Shown: positions 19,824 to 29,350 of the stretch, one piece after another
Numbering within the stretch: the stretch's first letter is position 1
Layout: the number at the start of each line of letters is the position of its first letter
NCBI GenBank assembly: GCA_963809485.1
Contig: CAWEJX010000016.1
Location: 64,001 to 128,000, forward strand
Reading direction: 5' to 3'
DNA from: an uncultured Acidobacteriota bacterium
GTDB lineage: Bacteria > Acidobacteriota > UBA6911
DNA length: 64,000 bases
Position numbers and translations under genes: made by a program
The notes under the pieces: model-generated
Seen by the model: the letters and a program-made list of their open reading frames with translations, nothing else
Told to the model about the DNA's origin: nothing
The model's database searches: none

Positions 19824-22736
19824 GTGAGCTTTGAACAGAAAGATGCGATCATTGTCAGGGGTGCGAGGGTTCACAACCTGAAAAATATCACCGTCCCAAT
19901 TCCTCTCAATTCCCTGACAGTGGTGACCGGAGTGTCGGGCAGCGGAAAAAGCAGCCTCGCTTTTGACACCCTTTACGCCGAAGGTCAGCGCCGCTACATC
20001 GCCTCTCTCTCCGCATATGCCAGACAGTTTTTGGAGCGCATTGACCGGCCGGATGTGGACGATATCGAGGGGATTTGCCCCGCGCTGGCCATCCGCCAAA
20101 AAAATTATTCCCGGAATCCCAGGTCTACGGTCGGCACCGTCACCGAGATCAACGACTACCTGCGCCTGCTGTATGCGCGCATCGGAACAACCTACTGTCA
20201 TCGGTGCGGACGGGTTGTCGAGAAGGACACGCCCCAAAAAATTGCCGACTTCGTGATGTCCTTGCCGCGAGGCCAGCGAGTCTATCTTTGCATGCGTCTC
20301 GCACTCGATTCCCCCGGGCCGCTGCAGGCGGGGCGCGCCGCTCGAAAGGGAGCCAAAACACAGCCTTCAGCTTTTCGGCCGGAGGATCGCCTGTCGGTGA
20401 TGCTTCCAGGCCTCCGGCAACAGGGTTATGTCCGGCTGCTGATCGGCCGGGAAACCGTCGACCTGAACGAGGCGGTGGACGCTTTGCGCAAAAGCGCCGG
20501 CAAGGAAGCTCATGTCGTCGTCGACCGTCTGGTCGTCGAAGACGACATACGCAAACGGCTTGTGGATTCCATCGAGATCTGCAGCCGGGATGCCGAAGGC
20601 CATGTGGAGATGCTGCTGCTGTCCGATACGCCGGGCGCAATCGAGCAGATGCTGCGGACCGCGCATCCCGATATCCGGTGGATCGATCACCCGGCAGGCG
20701 TTCTGGTCAAGTTCAGCGAGGCATTCGAATGCCAGCTTTGTCATGTCTCCTATCAGGAGCCTGAACCCAGGCTGTTTTCTTTTAATAATCCCTTCGGGGC
20801 GTGTCCGGAATGCCAGGGTTTCGGAAATACTCTGACCATCGATTTCGAACGGGTCATCCCCGATAAATCCAGAAGCCTGGCCGAAGGCGCCCTTGATCCG
20901 TGGACCAAACCCCGCTATCGAGGATTCCAAAGCCGCATGCTGCAATTTGCCGAGCGGGAGGGCATTCCCGTTCACGAGCCCTGGAATGAACTGCCGGAAA
21001 GAGATAAGGATAGAATTATCAAAGGACACGGCAGCTTCCCGGGGGTCCTGGGGTTTTTCAAATACCTGGAACAGAAGAAGTACAAGATGCACGTCCGCAT
21101 ATTTATCAGCCGCTACAGGGGCTATGCAACCTGCCTTGCCTGCCATGGAGAGAGGCTGCGCCAGGAAGCGAGGGATGTTTTGATTGGGGGCCAGTCGATC
21201 ACCGGGGTGGCAGGCATGACCATTGAACAGGCCGCCGGCTTTTTCTCGGGCCTCGAACTGTCTCAGCAGCAGGCTGCGATAGCCGACAGGATTCTGGCCG
21301 AGATTCGTCAACGGCTGGATCTGCTCTTGCGCGTGGGGCTGGGCTACATTACTCTGGACCGGCTCTCTTCCACGCTTTCGGGCGGGGAATCCCAAAGAAT
21401 CCAGCTGGCCACATCACTCGGATCCACTCTGGTCGGCGCCCTCTATGTTCTGGACGAACCGAGCATAGGGCTTCACCCCAGGGACAGCCAGCGGCTGGTG
21501 GAAATTCTTAAGAGCCTCAAACTGCTTGGCAATACGGTGCTTGTCGTGGAGCACGACCCGGGGATCATGAGGGCGGCGGACCATATTGTCGATCTGGGGC
21601 CCGGCGCAGGGGAACATGGCGGAGAGGTGGTTTACCAGGGCGACCTCCCTTCGCTGCTGCAGGACTCCAAATCGCTGACCGCCCGGTATTTGAGCGGAGA
21701 CCTCAGGATCCCCGTTCCCCTCTTCCGACGCAAGAACGTCGGCAAAGCCATCGAACTCGTCAATGCCTTCAAACACAACCTGAAGCATCTGAACATGCGG
21801 ATCCCGCTCGGCTTGCTCGTGTGCATCACAGGTGTCAGCGGAAGCGGAAAATCCACCCTGGTTCAGGATGTGCTTTATGCAGCCCTGAAGAAAGCCAAGG
21901 GCGAAATGAAGGAATCCCCGCCGGGGCTGGAAACGATCCGCGGCGCTGAGCGCGTTTCCGATGTCATCCTGGTGGACCAGTCCCCGATAGGGAGAACTCC
22001 GCGCTCCAATCCCGCGACCTATACCAAGGCGTTCGATGAAATACGCCACCTTTTCGCCTCCACGCGGGACGCCTATGGGAGGGGCTTTGGACCCGGGCAT
22101 TTTTCATTCAATCTCGACGCGGGGCGCTGCGAAACCTGTCAGGGCAACGGCACGGTTACCATCGAGATGCAGTTCCTGGCCGACGTCGAACTGACCTGTG
22201 AAGACTGCAAAGGCAAGCGGTTCAAAAGCGCCGTTCTGGAGGTCCGGTACAAATCCAAAAATATTGCCGATGTTCTGGATATGACGGTGCACGAAGCTAT
22301 CGAGTTTTTTGCCGGGCGGCAGGGGATTGTCCGCAAACTGCGCGTGCTCGAGGAAATAGGATTGGGATATCTGCGTCTGGGCCAATCCGCTACTTCGCTT
22401 TCCGGCGGCGAGGCGCAAAGAATCAAGCTGGCCTCCTATATCTCCCAAACGCGAACGGGCAATATTCTGTATGTTTTTGACGAGCCGACCACCGGCCTGC
22501 ATTTTGACGATATCAGGAAGCTGCTCGCAGCCTTCGACAGACTCATCAGCGCAGGGAACTCCATAGTCGTCATTGAGCACAACCTTGACGTGATCAAAAC
22601 GGCGGACTGGATCATCGACCTGGGGCCGGAGGGTGGAGACGCCGGCGGCCAAATCGTGTTCGAGGGAATCCCGGAAGACATCGTAAACTGCACCGAATCG
22701 CATACCGGCCGCATGCTCCGGCCTTATCTCGACTGA
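19824..22736 (+). CDS. uvrA: Excinuclease ABC subunit A
   Basis: GARVHNLKN, two GVSGSGKS, two LSGGE, Zn fingers; GTG 19824 after GGAGG. Confidence 0.97.
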   Translation: MSFEQKDAIIVRGARVHNLKNITVPIPLNSLTVVTGVSGSGKSSLAFDTLYAEGQRRYIASLSAYARQFLERIDRPDVDDIEGICPALAIRQKNYSRNPRSTVGTVTEINDYLRLLYARIGTTYCHRCGRVVEKDTPQKIADFVMSLPRGQRVYLCMRLALDSPGPLQAGRAARKGAKTQPSAFRPEDRLSVMLPGLRQQGYVRLLIGRETVDLNEAVDALRKSAGKEAHVVVDRLVVEDDIRKRLVDSIEICSRDAEGHVEMLLLSDTPGAIEQMLRTAHPDIRWIDHPAGVLVKFSEAFECQLCHVSYQEPEPRLFSFNNPFGACPECQGFGNTLTIDFERVIPDKSRSLAEGALDPWTKPRYRGFQSRMLQFAEREGIPVHEPWNELPERDKDRIIKGHGSFPGVLGFFKYLEQKKYKMHVRIFISRYRGYATCLACHGERLRQEARDVLIGGQSITGVAGMTIEQAAGFFSGLELSQQQAAIADRILAEIRQRLDLLLRVGLGYITLDRLSSTLSGGESQRIQLATSLGSTLVGALYVLDEPSIGLHPRDSQRLVEILKSLKLLGNTVLVVEHDPGIMRAADHIVDLGPGAGEHGGEVVYQGDLPSLLQDSKSLTARYLSGDLRIPVPLFRRKNVGKAIELVNAFKHNLKHLNMRIPLGLLVCITGVSGSGKSTLVQDVLYAALKKAKGEMKESPPGLETIRGAERVSDVILVDQSPIGRTPRSNPATYTKAFDEIRHLFASTRDAYGRGFGPGHFSFNLDAGRCETCQGNGTVTIEMQFLADVELTCEDCKGKRFKSAVLEVRYKSKNIADVLDMTVHEAIEFFAGRQGIVRKLRVLEEIGLGYLRLGQSATSLSGGEAQRIKLASYISQTRTGNILYVFDEPTTGLHFDDIRKLLAAFDRLISAGNSIVVIEHNLDVIKTADWIIDLGPEGGDAGGQIVFEGIPEDIVNCTESHTGRMLRPYLD

Positions 22737-22749
22737 AAAAATGCCGCAT

Positions 22750-22966
22750 GTCAGGCACCTCCGGCAAAGACGGAGGCTTGAAAGATTGGAACCGCTCAAA
22801 GCGGTTGGAGGAGTTACGCTGGTCTTGAACGCTGACTTACGCGGCAGATTCGCCGACAAATCGACGTTAGTCAGCGCGTTTGTCAGCGTATCTCAGCGTT
22901 TCAAAATACGGAGCTGTCAAACGCTATGAGTCCCCCGGCAGAGCCAGGGTTTTACCAATAGAATTA
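22750..22966 (-). mobile_element. Family A element, copy A3 (both ends, no nested palindrome)
   Basis: Same ends as A2 but TTACGCGG-CAGAT-TCGCCGAC replaces the ~180-bp insert. Confidence 0.8.
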
Positions 22967-23084
22967 AACGGGACTCATTGGGAGACAATGGTAATTTCAC
23001 GCGGAGGCGCGTGTGCTTATTGTGAGTTGCGGCATGCTGTACCATGGATTTCACAGCCTTTTGGGTGCTTTCAGGCCGGGTGGC

Positions 23085-23114
23085 TTGACCCCGGGCATTT
23101 GCTGCAGGTATGAT
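23085..23114 (+). promoter_or_regulatory. sigma70-like promoter of 6S RNA
   Basis: TTGACC-18 nt-TATGAT, ~7 nt before the predicted 5' end. Confidence 0.6.
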
Positions 23115-23120
23115 GTGGGT

Positions 23121-23300
23121 AGCCCCTGCAATGTTGGTGATGGCAAACATTATTTGAGCCAACATTCTATTTGATGGGAGCCCGTATCATGCTGCCGTGT
23201 GCGAGCTTTTCCTTCGGGAACTTGATTGCCTGACGCAGCCTGTAGGACACCCCCTTGGTAACAAGGTTCAAATAGATATGCCACACGGCGGCGCGGGGGC
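23121..23300 (+). ncRNA. ssrS: 6S RNA
   Basis: ~180-nt rod: GCCCCTGC/GCGGGGGC closing stem, ATTTGAGCC/GGTTCAAAT pairing, central bubble, U-tract after; adjacent to ymdB and zapA. Confidence 0.8.
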
Positions 23301-23336
23301 ACTTTTTTTTGCGCTTCCTTGGAAAAACGGAGCGAA

Positions 23337-24122
23337 ATGCGAACTCTCTTCCTGGGTGATATATTCGGAAAACCGGGCAGGAAACTGATACAGGAAAAAC
23401 TGCGTGGGCTTATTCACGAGTACCGTATCGATTTGTGTATCGCCAATATTGAAAATGCCGCCGGCGGATTCGGCGTCACCCAGCCGATCGCCGAGGAACT
23501 CCTGAAATGCGGGATAGATCTCCTCACGTCCGGCAACCACATCTGGGACAAGCGCGCTATCACTCCCTACCTCTCGGAACAGCCCAGGCTTCTGCGCCCT
23601 CATAACTATCCGAAGGGAGTCCCGGGCTCGGGCATCTATATCGGGGACACCACATGCGGCGTGCGGGTCGGCGTGCTTAACCTGCAGGGGCGCGTGTTCA
23701 TGGCAAGCATCGACTGTCCTTTCACCACAGGCCTGGCGGCCGTGGAATCGATGCGCAAGCAGACTCCGGTCATCATTGTGGACTTTCACGCGGAGGCGAC
23801 TTCGGAGAAACAGGCGATGGGCTGGTTTCTTGACGGGCAGGTCAGCGCGGTTCTGGGCACGCACACGCACGTCCAGACTGCGGATGAACGGATCCTGCCG
23901 CGCGGCACCGCCTTTATTACCGATCTCGGGATGACGGGCCCTCACGATTCCGTAATCGGGTCTGTTCAGGATCTGGCGCTGGACCGCTTTCTCCGGCAAA
24001 TACCTGTCCGGCTGGAGCCGGCTTCGGGGAATTTAAGGGTTTGCGGAGCGGTGATCGAAATCGACGAAGCGAGCGGCCGGGCAACCTCCATCGAGCGGCT
24101 CAACCTCCCCTACTCTCTCTAA
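23337..24122 (+). CDS. ymdB: YmdB/TIGR00282 metallophosphoesterase
   Basis: GDIFG, NIENAAGG, GNH, DFHAEATSEK, GTHTH. Confidence 0.93.
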   Translation: MRTLFLGDIFGKPGRKLIQEKLRGLIHEYRIDLCIANIENAAGGFGVTQPIAEELLKCGIDLLTSGNHIWDKRAITPYLSEQPRLLRPHNYPKGVPGSGIYIGDTTCGVRVGVLNLQGRVFMASIDCPFTTGLAAVESMRKQTPVIIVDFHAEATSEKQAMGWFLDGQVSAVLGTHTHVQTADERILPRGTAFITDLGMTGPHDSVIGSVQDLALDRFLRQIPVRLEPASGNLRVCGAVIEIDEASGRATSIERLNLPYSL

Positions 24123-24130
24123 AGTATGAT

Positions 24131-24194
24131 CGTTGGAACGTAAGTTCGAACGTTGAACGTTGCAACGTTCTAACGTTTGAACGTTCAGCGTTCG
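24131..24194. repeat. Tandem AACGTT-core repeats between convergent ymdB and zapA
   Basis: GAACGTT GAACGTT GCAACGTT CTAACGTT TGAACGTT C. Confidence 0.75.
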
Positions 24195-24487
24195 ATGATG
24201 ATGCGGTCGAGCATGGAGACGCAGGCCTGGGAACGCCGGCCGACGGAATCATCCAGCCGCTGAAGCTCTTCCCTGGACCGCTGCAGATCGTCGACCAGGT
24301 TGAGAGCCGCCAGGATCGCAACTTTCAGCGTATCCACAGATCCCGTGGAAGCGGTAACCTCGCGCATCTTCTTGTCGAGGCTGGCGCACAAAATCTTAAG
24401 GCGTTCCGGATCCCCGGTGGTCAGCAGCGTATATTCCCGATCATAAATCTTGACTCGGACAGATCTAGGTTCCGGCTGTTCGCTCAT
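24185..24487 (-). CDS. zapA: Cell division protein ZapA
   Basis: VKIYDREY, KVAILAALN plus coiled coil; start could be 24508. Confidence 0.88.
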   Translation of the reverse strand: MSEQPEPRSVRVKIYDREYTLLTTGDPERLKILCASLDKKMREVTASTGSVDTLKVAILAALNLVDDLQRSREELQRLDDSVGRRSQACVSMLDRIIIER

Positions 24488-24527
24488 GGGCCTGTCCTCG
24501 CGCCCCATCAGGGATCATCCGGTCCCT

Positions 24528-24806
24528 TCAGCGCGCCTCTAAAGTGGCGAGAAGAGACAGAGCCTTTTCCACCCGCTCCCGCAGCTCTTCGCGCTCCTTC
24601 TGGTACTGTGCCAGATTGTCATGAACCATGGATTCGTTTTTGCGCAGAGACCCGATCTCCTCCTTCAACTGCTGGTTCTCGGCTTTGAGGATTTCGTTGT
24701 CTCTGCGAATGGATTTGTATTCCTCCACCATGCGGAAGATCTTGTCCTCAAGTTGGCCGAAGCGTTCAAGACCTGTGAGTTCCCGCTGAGGTTTGTTCTC
24801 GTTCAT
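24528..24806 (-). CDS. Coiled-coil ZapB-like protein
   Basis: All-helical heptad pattern; pheT-zapB-zapA synteny. Confidence 0.7.
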   Translation of the reverse strand: MNENKPQRELTGLERFGQLEDKIFRMVEEYKSIRRDNEILKAENQQLKEEIGSLRKNESMVHDNLAQYQKEREELRERVEKALSLLATLEAR

Positions 24807-26857
24807 AAGGATCTGAGCCCCGCTTTAAAAGTATTGGATAGATATGATAAGACAGTATCAATGAAACCCTGCACCCGGTCAACTGTAAGGGTCTTTTCGC
24901 GATCCTGAAAAGTGAACCTCAAAGTCATGCTGAGCTTGCCGGCCGGGATTTTTTCGCCTTCATAAATATCGATCAGATCCAGTTCGGTCAACTCCGGAAT
25001 CGCCAGTTCCAGGATGCCCTGCCGGATTTTTTGATATGTCAGGTCCCGGTCCACGACAATCGACATATCCCGTTTCACCGATGGGTATTTGGCGAGAGGT
25101 TCGTAGGATATCGGGGAAAAGGCGACGGGCAACAGGCGCTCGACGTTGATTTCCGCCACGTAAACGGGCTGTCTGAGTTTGTACTTTTCATCAAGAGGCA
25201 CGGATACGGCCCCAAGCACCCCGACCGCTTCCCCGCCGATTTTCAAAACCGCGCTCTCCGCGGGATTCAGCCAGCCGACTTCATCCGTCGGCACGATCTC
25301 GAAGGAGCGGATGCGGATTCCGTTCAAAAGCGCCGCAAGTACGCCCTTTAGATGAAAGAAGTTGTACTCTGCGGCTGGATTCACCCAATTCTGATCCGTG
25401 AATCCTCCCGTTCCCAGGATGCCCAGCACCGTGTGTTCCACGGGGGACCCATCCGGACCCGATTCATAAACTCTGCCGATTTCGAACAGCCGGACCAGGC
25501 GCTGGTCATAGTTAAAGTTCCGTTTTGCCGATCGGACCAGCCCTGGGGCCAACGCAGTGCGCATGTATTGGGTATCCTCAGTCAAGGGGTTTTTTATCGC
25601 GATGCGCTCGCCATGCAGAGGAGCGAAATCGGCGTGATCCGGTTCCAGGGCAAAGCTGAGATTTACGGCTTCGCTGTATCCCTGCCCGATCAGTATTTCC
25701 CGCACAGCCTGTTCGAGGCCGTAAACCGGGGAGTGCGACCCCACTCCCTTGCTGGGCGGCAGAGTCGCCGGTATGTTCTGGTAGCCGTAAAAACGTACCA
25801 GTTCCTCAATCAGATCGGCTTCCAGTTCCATGTCCGCGCGGTAGGTCGGGCACGTGACGTTCCACGAACCCTCTCCGCCCGCCTCAACCCCGAATTCCAG
25901 GCGCCGTAAGGTGGATTCGATAAATTCGCCTGACAACTCAACTCCCAGCAGCGCGGATGCGTTTTTTTGCCGCAACAGAATCTTTACAGGCTCCTTCCGC
26001 CCCGGGTAGACATCCTGGAGGCTCCCGGCGATGCTGCCGCCGGCAAGCTGCTCGATCAGGTAGCAGGAACGCGCAATCGCCGACACGGTGTTCTCCCAAT
26101 CCGCGCCCCGCTCGAAACGGTAGCTGGCCTCTGTCGAGAGGCCGAGTTTCTTGGAGGTGCGCCGAACCGAGGTCGGGTTGAAATAAGCGGACTCCAGAAG
26201 CACACGGGTTGTCGACAATGAGATCTCCGAGTTCAGTCCGCCCATGACACCCGCTATGCCGACAGACCCCTCGCCGTCGTTGATCAGCAGCATCTCTCCA
26301 TCCAATTCCCGCTGAACTCCGTCAAGAGTCTGCATGAGTTCGCCCGGATGGGCCCTTGCCACGACGATCTTTCCCCCGCGCAGCAGGTCGAAATCGAAGG
26401 CGTGAAGCGGGTGGCCCATCTCCAGGAGGACATAATTGGTGATGTCGACGATGTTGTTCACAGGCCTCATCCCAGCGGCCTCGAGGCGCCGCTGCATCCA
26501 GGCAGGGGAAGCCCCCACGCGAATGCCGTCGAGCACCAGCGCCACGTAACGCGGGCACAGATCCTCATCCCGCACCTCAATTATGTATGGAATTCTTTCG
26601 GAGGCAGCCTGGAGATGCTCCTCCTGCGGCGGCCGCTTCAGCGGCCGCCGGTAGAGGGCAGACACTTCCCGCGCGATTCCTATGTAGCTCAGGCAGTCCG
26701 GCCGGTTTGAAGTTACTTCGACCTCCAGAACAGAGGTCTCCGGAGCTTCCGCTATGGTTTCCACCAGAAGCCCGATCATGGAAAGGTCTTCTTTCAGTCT
26801 TTCCGGACTTTCCCTTATTTCGACATATTCCTGAAGCCACTCAAGGCTGACTTTCAT
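24803..26857 (-). CDS. pheT: Phenylalanine--tRNA ligase beta subunit (short, lacks B2 OB domain)
   Basis: NRPDCLS, NNIVDITNY, RFERG, DLIEE, FDX-ACB. Confidence 0.96.
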   Translation of the reverse strand: MKVSLEWLQEYVEIRESPERLKEDLSMIGLLVETIAEAPETSVLEVEVTSNRPDCLSYIGIAREVSALYRRPLKRPPQEEHLQAASERIPYIIEVRDEDLCPRYVALVLDGIRVGASPAWMQRRLEAAGMRPVNNIVDITNYVLLEMGHPLHAFDFDLLRGGKIVVARAHPGELMQTLDGVQRELDGEMLLINDGEGSVGIAGVMGGLNSEISLSTTRVLLESAYFNPTSVRRTSKKLGLSTEASYRFERGADWENTVSAIARSCYLIEQLAGGSIAGSLQDVYPGRKEPVKILLRQKNASALLGVELSGEFIESTLRRLEFGVEAGGEGSWNVTCPTYRADMELEADLIEELVRFYGYQNIPATLPPSKGVGSHSPVYGLEQAVREILIGQGYSEAVNLSFALEPDHADFAPLHGERIAIKNPLTEDTQYMRTALAPGLVRSAKRNFNYDQRLVRLFEIGRVYESGPDGSPVEHTVLGILGTGGFTDQNWVNPAAEYNFFHLKGVLAALLNGIRIRSFEIVPTDEVGWLNPAESAVLKIGGEAVGVLGAVSVPLDEKYKLRQPVYVAEINVERLLPVAFSPISYEPLAKYPSVKRDMSIVVDRDLTYQKIRQGILELAIPELTELDLIDIYEGEKIPAGKLSMTLRFTFQDREKTLTVDRVQGFIDTVLSYLSNTFKAGLRSL

Positions 26858-26912
26858 AAAAGAACTCCTGATAAATGCCTGCGCGCATCCACTATTTGTT
26901 ATGCATCCTGTA

Positions 26913-27929
26913 TCAAAACTGCTTTAAAAACCTGAGATCGTTTTCGAAGAAGAGCCGTATATCGTCCACGCCGTATTTGAGAATGGCAACCCGGTCAATG
27001 CCGAGGCCCCAGGCAAATCCGGAATAACGCGAGTCGTCCAAACCCGACATGCGCAGCACCTTGGGATGAACCATTCCCGCGCCGAGGATTTCAATCCAGC
27101 CGCTCTGTTTGCATTTGGGACATCCCTTGCCGGAGCAGAAGATGCAGCTGATGTCGACTTCAGCGCCCGGTTCCACGAACGGGAAAAAACCCGGCCTGAG
27201 GCGCATTTGAATGTTGGGATGAAAAATCTGCTTGAGAAATGCTTCGAGCATCCCTTTCATGTCTCCCATTGTAATTCCCTCTTCCACGACCACGACATCC
27301 ACCTGGTGAAACATCGGGGAGTGTGTCGCGTCGGCAGGATCCCGCCGGTAGACCTTGCCCGTGGTGACGGCGCGGATGGGAGGCCGGATTGTCTCCATGG
27401 CGTGCACGTCGACCGATGTACAGTGCGAGCGCAGCAGCATCGTTTCGTCCAGGTAAAAGGTGTCCTGGGCATCCCGCGCGGGATGGTTGCGGGGCATATT
27501 CAGAGCTTCAAAATTGTAGTACTCCTTCTCAATCTCGTGCAGGTTCATGACCTGGAAACCCAGTTTCACGAACACCTGCTCGATTTCAGCCTGCAGCCTC
27601 TTGATGGGATGAGCACTGCCCAGGGCGAAAGGATAACCGGGCCTCGTCACATCGATGTGCTGCTGTTTCGCCGTAAGTTCCGCGGCTTTGGCAGTGGCAT
27701 ATTTCTCCTGGAGTCTTTCCTCGGCCAGCGCCCGCAGCTGATTCATTGCCTGCCCGAATGCCGGGCGCTGGTCCTTGGGCAGATCGCGGAGTCTTTTCAG
27801 TTCCGTAGTGATCACTCCGCTGTCCCGGGCCAGGTATTTATCCCTCACAGCTTTCCAGCTCTCCATTCCCGTAATGCTGGCGAAATCCTCTTCAAAACGC
27901 TGCCGCAACTTTTCTATGAGATCATTCAT
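26913..27929 (-). CDS. pheS: Phenylalanine--tRNA ligase alpha subunit
   Basis: HPARDAQDTF, FPFVEP, GAGMVHP. Confidence 0.97.
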   Translation of the reverse strand: MNDLIEKLRQRFEEDFASITGMESWKAVRDKYLARDSGVITTELKRLRDLPKDQRPAFGQAMNQLRALAEERLQEKYATAKAAELTAKQQHIDVTRPGYPFALGSAHPIKRLQAEIEQVFVKLGFQVMNLHEIEKEYYNFEALNMPRNHPARDAQDTFYLDETMLLRSHCTSVDVHAMETIRPPIRAVTTGKVYRRDPADATHSPMFHQVDVVVVEEGITMGDMKGMLEAFLKQIFHPNIQMRLRPGFFPFVEPGAEVDISCIFCSGKGCPKCKQSGWIEILGAGMVHPKVLRMSGLDDSRYSGFAWGLGIDRVAILKYGVDDIRLFFENDLRFLKQF

Positions 27930-27949
27930 GGCCTACCTCTGCAGTTTAT

Positions 27950-28029
27950 GGGTTTCCGGTTCCCGGTTTCCCGTTCCATCGTTCTCCAGGACCTTCGAAC
28001 GGGTAACGGGAAACTGGGGACGGGAAACC
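27950..28029. repeat. Inverted heptamer repeats (GGTTTCC)n / (GGAAACC)n
   Basis: GGTTTCC GGTTCCC GGTTTCC CGTTCC ... GGTAACG GGAAACT GGGGACG GGAAACC. Confidence 0.75.
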
Positions 28030-28099
28030 TTAAAAGGAAACGCCCGGCGTGGCAGGACACCCGGGCGCTCTCGAATCCGAGTCTGTAAGACGGAAAATC

Positions 28100-28462
28100 T
28101 TAGGCAGCCGCCAGTGCCGCTTTGGCACTTTCGGTCAGTTGAGTAAAGGTCTCGGGATCTTTAATGGCGATCTCGGCAAGGACCCGGCGGTCGAGGGCAA
28201 TGCTTGCCTTTTTCAGGCCGCTCATAAATCGGCTGTAGGAAATGTTGTTCTTACGGGCTGCAGCGCCGATCCGCAGGATAAACAGGCCTCTGAAATCCCG
28301 CTTCTTGGCCCGCCGGTCACGGTAGGCAAACTGGAGCGCACGATCGACAGATTCCTTTGCGGACCTGTGAAGCTTGCTCTTGGTCAGGCGATAGCCCTTG
28401 GCCAGCCCCAGGATTTTTTTCCGGCGCTGGATACGTTTGTTACCTCTTTTTACTCTTGGCAT
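28100..28462 (-). CDS. rplT: 50S ribosomal protein L20
   Basis: MPRVKRG, AKGY, AYRDR..KRDFR. Confidence 0.98.
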   Translation of the reverse strand: MPRVKRGNKRIQRRKKILGLAKGYRLTKSKLHRSAKESVDRALQFAYRDRRAKKRDFRGLFILRIGAAARKNNISYSRFMSGLKKASIALDRRVLAEIAIKDPETFTQLTESAKAALAAA

Positions 28463-28490
28463 CTCTTTACTCCGAATTCCGGTCAGAAAA

Positions 28491-28682
28491 TCAGATGTTC
28501 AGCATCTTCTTGACGCGCTTATGGTCCGCTTTGCTCACTATTGCGCTGTCCACTAGTTTTCTCACGCGCTTGCGGGATTTTTTGGTCAATATGTGACGGG
28601 CGTGGCTATGGCGGCGCATGATTTTGCCCGTCCCGGTTACTTTGAATCGTTTTGCCGCACTTTTTGATGTCTTGCGCTTCAC
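28491..28682 (-). CDS. rpmI: 50S ribosomal protein L35
   Basis: [19 protein letters not shown]; GTG start 7 nt after GGAG. Confidence 0.96.
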   Translation of the reverse strand: MKRKTSKSAAKRFKVTGTGKIMRRHSHARHILTKKSRKRVRKLVDSAIVSKADHKRVKKMLNI

Positions 28683-28781
28683 AGGCGTTCTCCCAGCATA
28701 TAATTAATACATGAAACCAATCACACTTTGCCCTTTTGGGCGGATGATACAGGAAGCGGGAAATTCAGGCGACAGTAAAAC

Positions 28782-29306
28782 CTATCGCTTTTTCGGCAAA
28801 AATATGCCGACCAGGGCGTATCCTTCCATCTTTGGGGGCCGCTCGACCTCAGCGATCTCTTCCAGTTCGGCTACCAGCTTTTCCATCAATTTGCGGCCCA
28901 ATTCCTGGTGCGTCATCTCCCGTCCGCGGAAGACGATGCTTGCCTTGGCCTTGTTCCCCTCCGTCAGGAACCGCACGATGTTGTTCTTCTTGAACTGAAA
29001 ATCGTGCTCCTCGGTCTTAGGCCGGAATTTGATTTCCTTAAGGACCACCTGCTTCTGGTGTTTTTTCGCCTCGTGGGCTCGCTTGCTTTTCTGGTACTGA
29101 AACTTGCCGTAGTTCATAATCCTGCAAACGGGGGGATTTGCCCCGGGCGCCACTTCCACGAGGTCCAGTTCCCGGGACCGTGCGATAGCCAGCGCCTGTT
29201 CGGGAGTCATGATTCCCAACTGTCCCGCATCTTCGTCCACAACCCGGATTTCTTTTGCCCGGATCAATTCATTAACACGAACCCTGACTTGTTTGGCTGT
29301 TGTGAT
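28782..29306 (-). CDS. infC: Translation initiation factor IF-3 (probable ATC start)
   Basis: DLVEVAP..PPVCRIMNYGK, KEIKFRP, FRGRE; AAAGGAGG-6 nt-ATC. Confidence 0.96.
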   Translation of the reverse strand: MTTAKQVRVRVNELIRAKEIRVVDEDAGQLGIMTPEQALAIARSRELDLVEVAPGANPPVCRIMNYGKFQYQKSKRAHEAKKHQKQVVLKEIKFRPKTEEHDFQFKKNNIVRFLTEGNKAKASIVFRGREMTHQELGRKLMEKLVAELEEIAEVERPPKMEGYALVGIFLPKKR

Positions 29307-29350
29307 TGGCAACCTCCTTTTGTTTTGAGGGAAAAACCGGGTGCCCGCAT

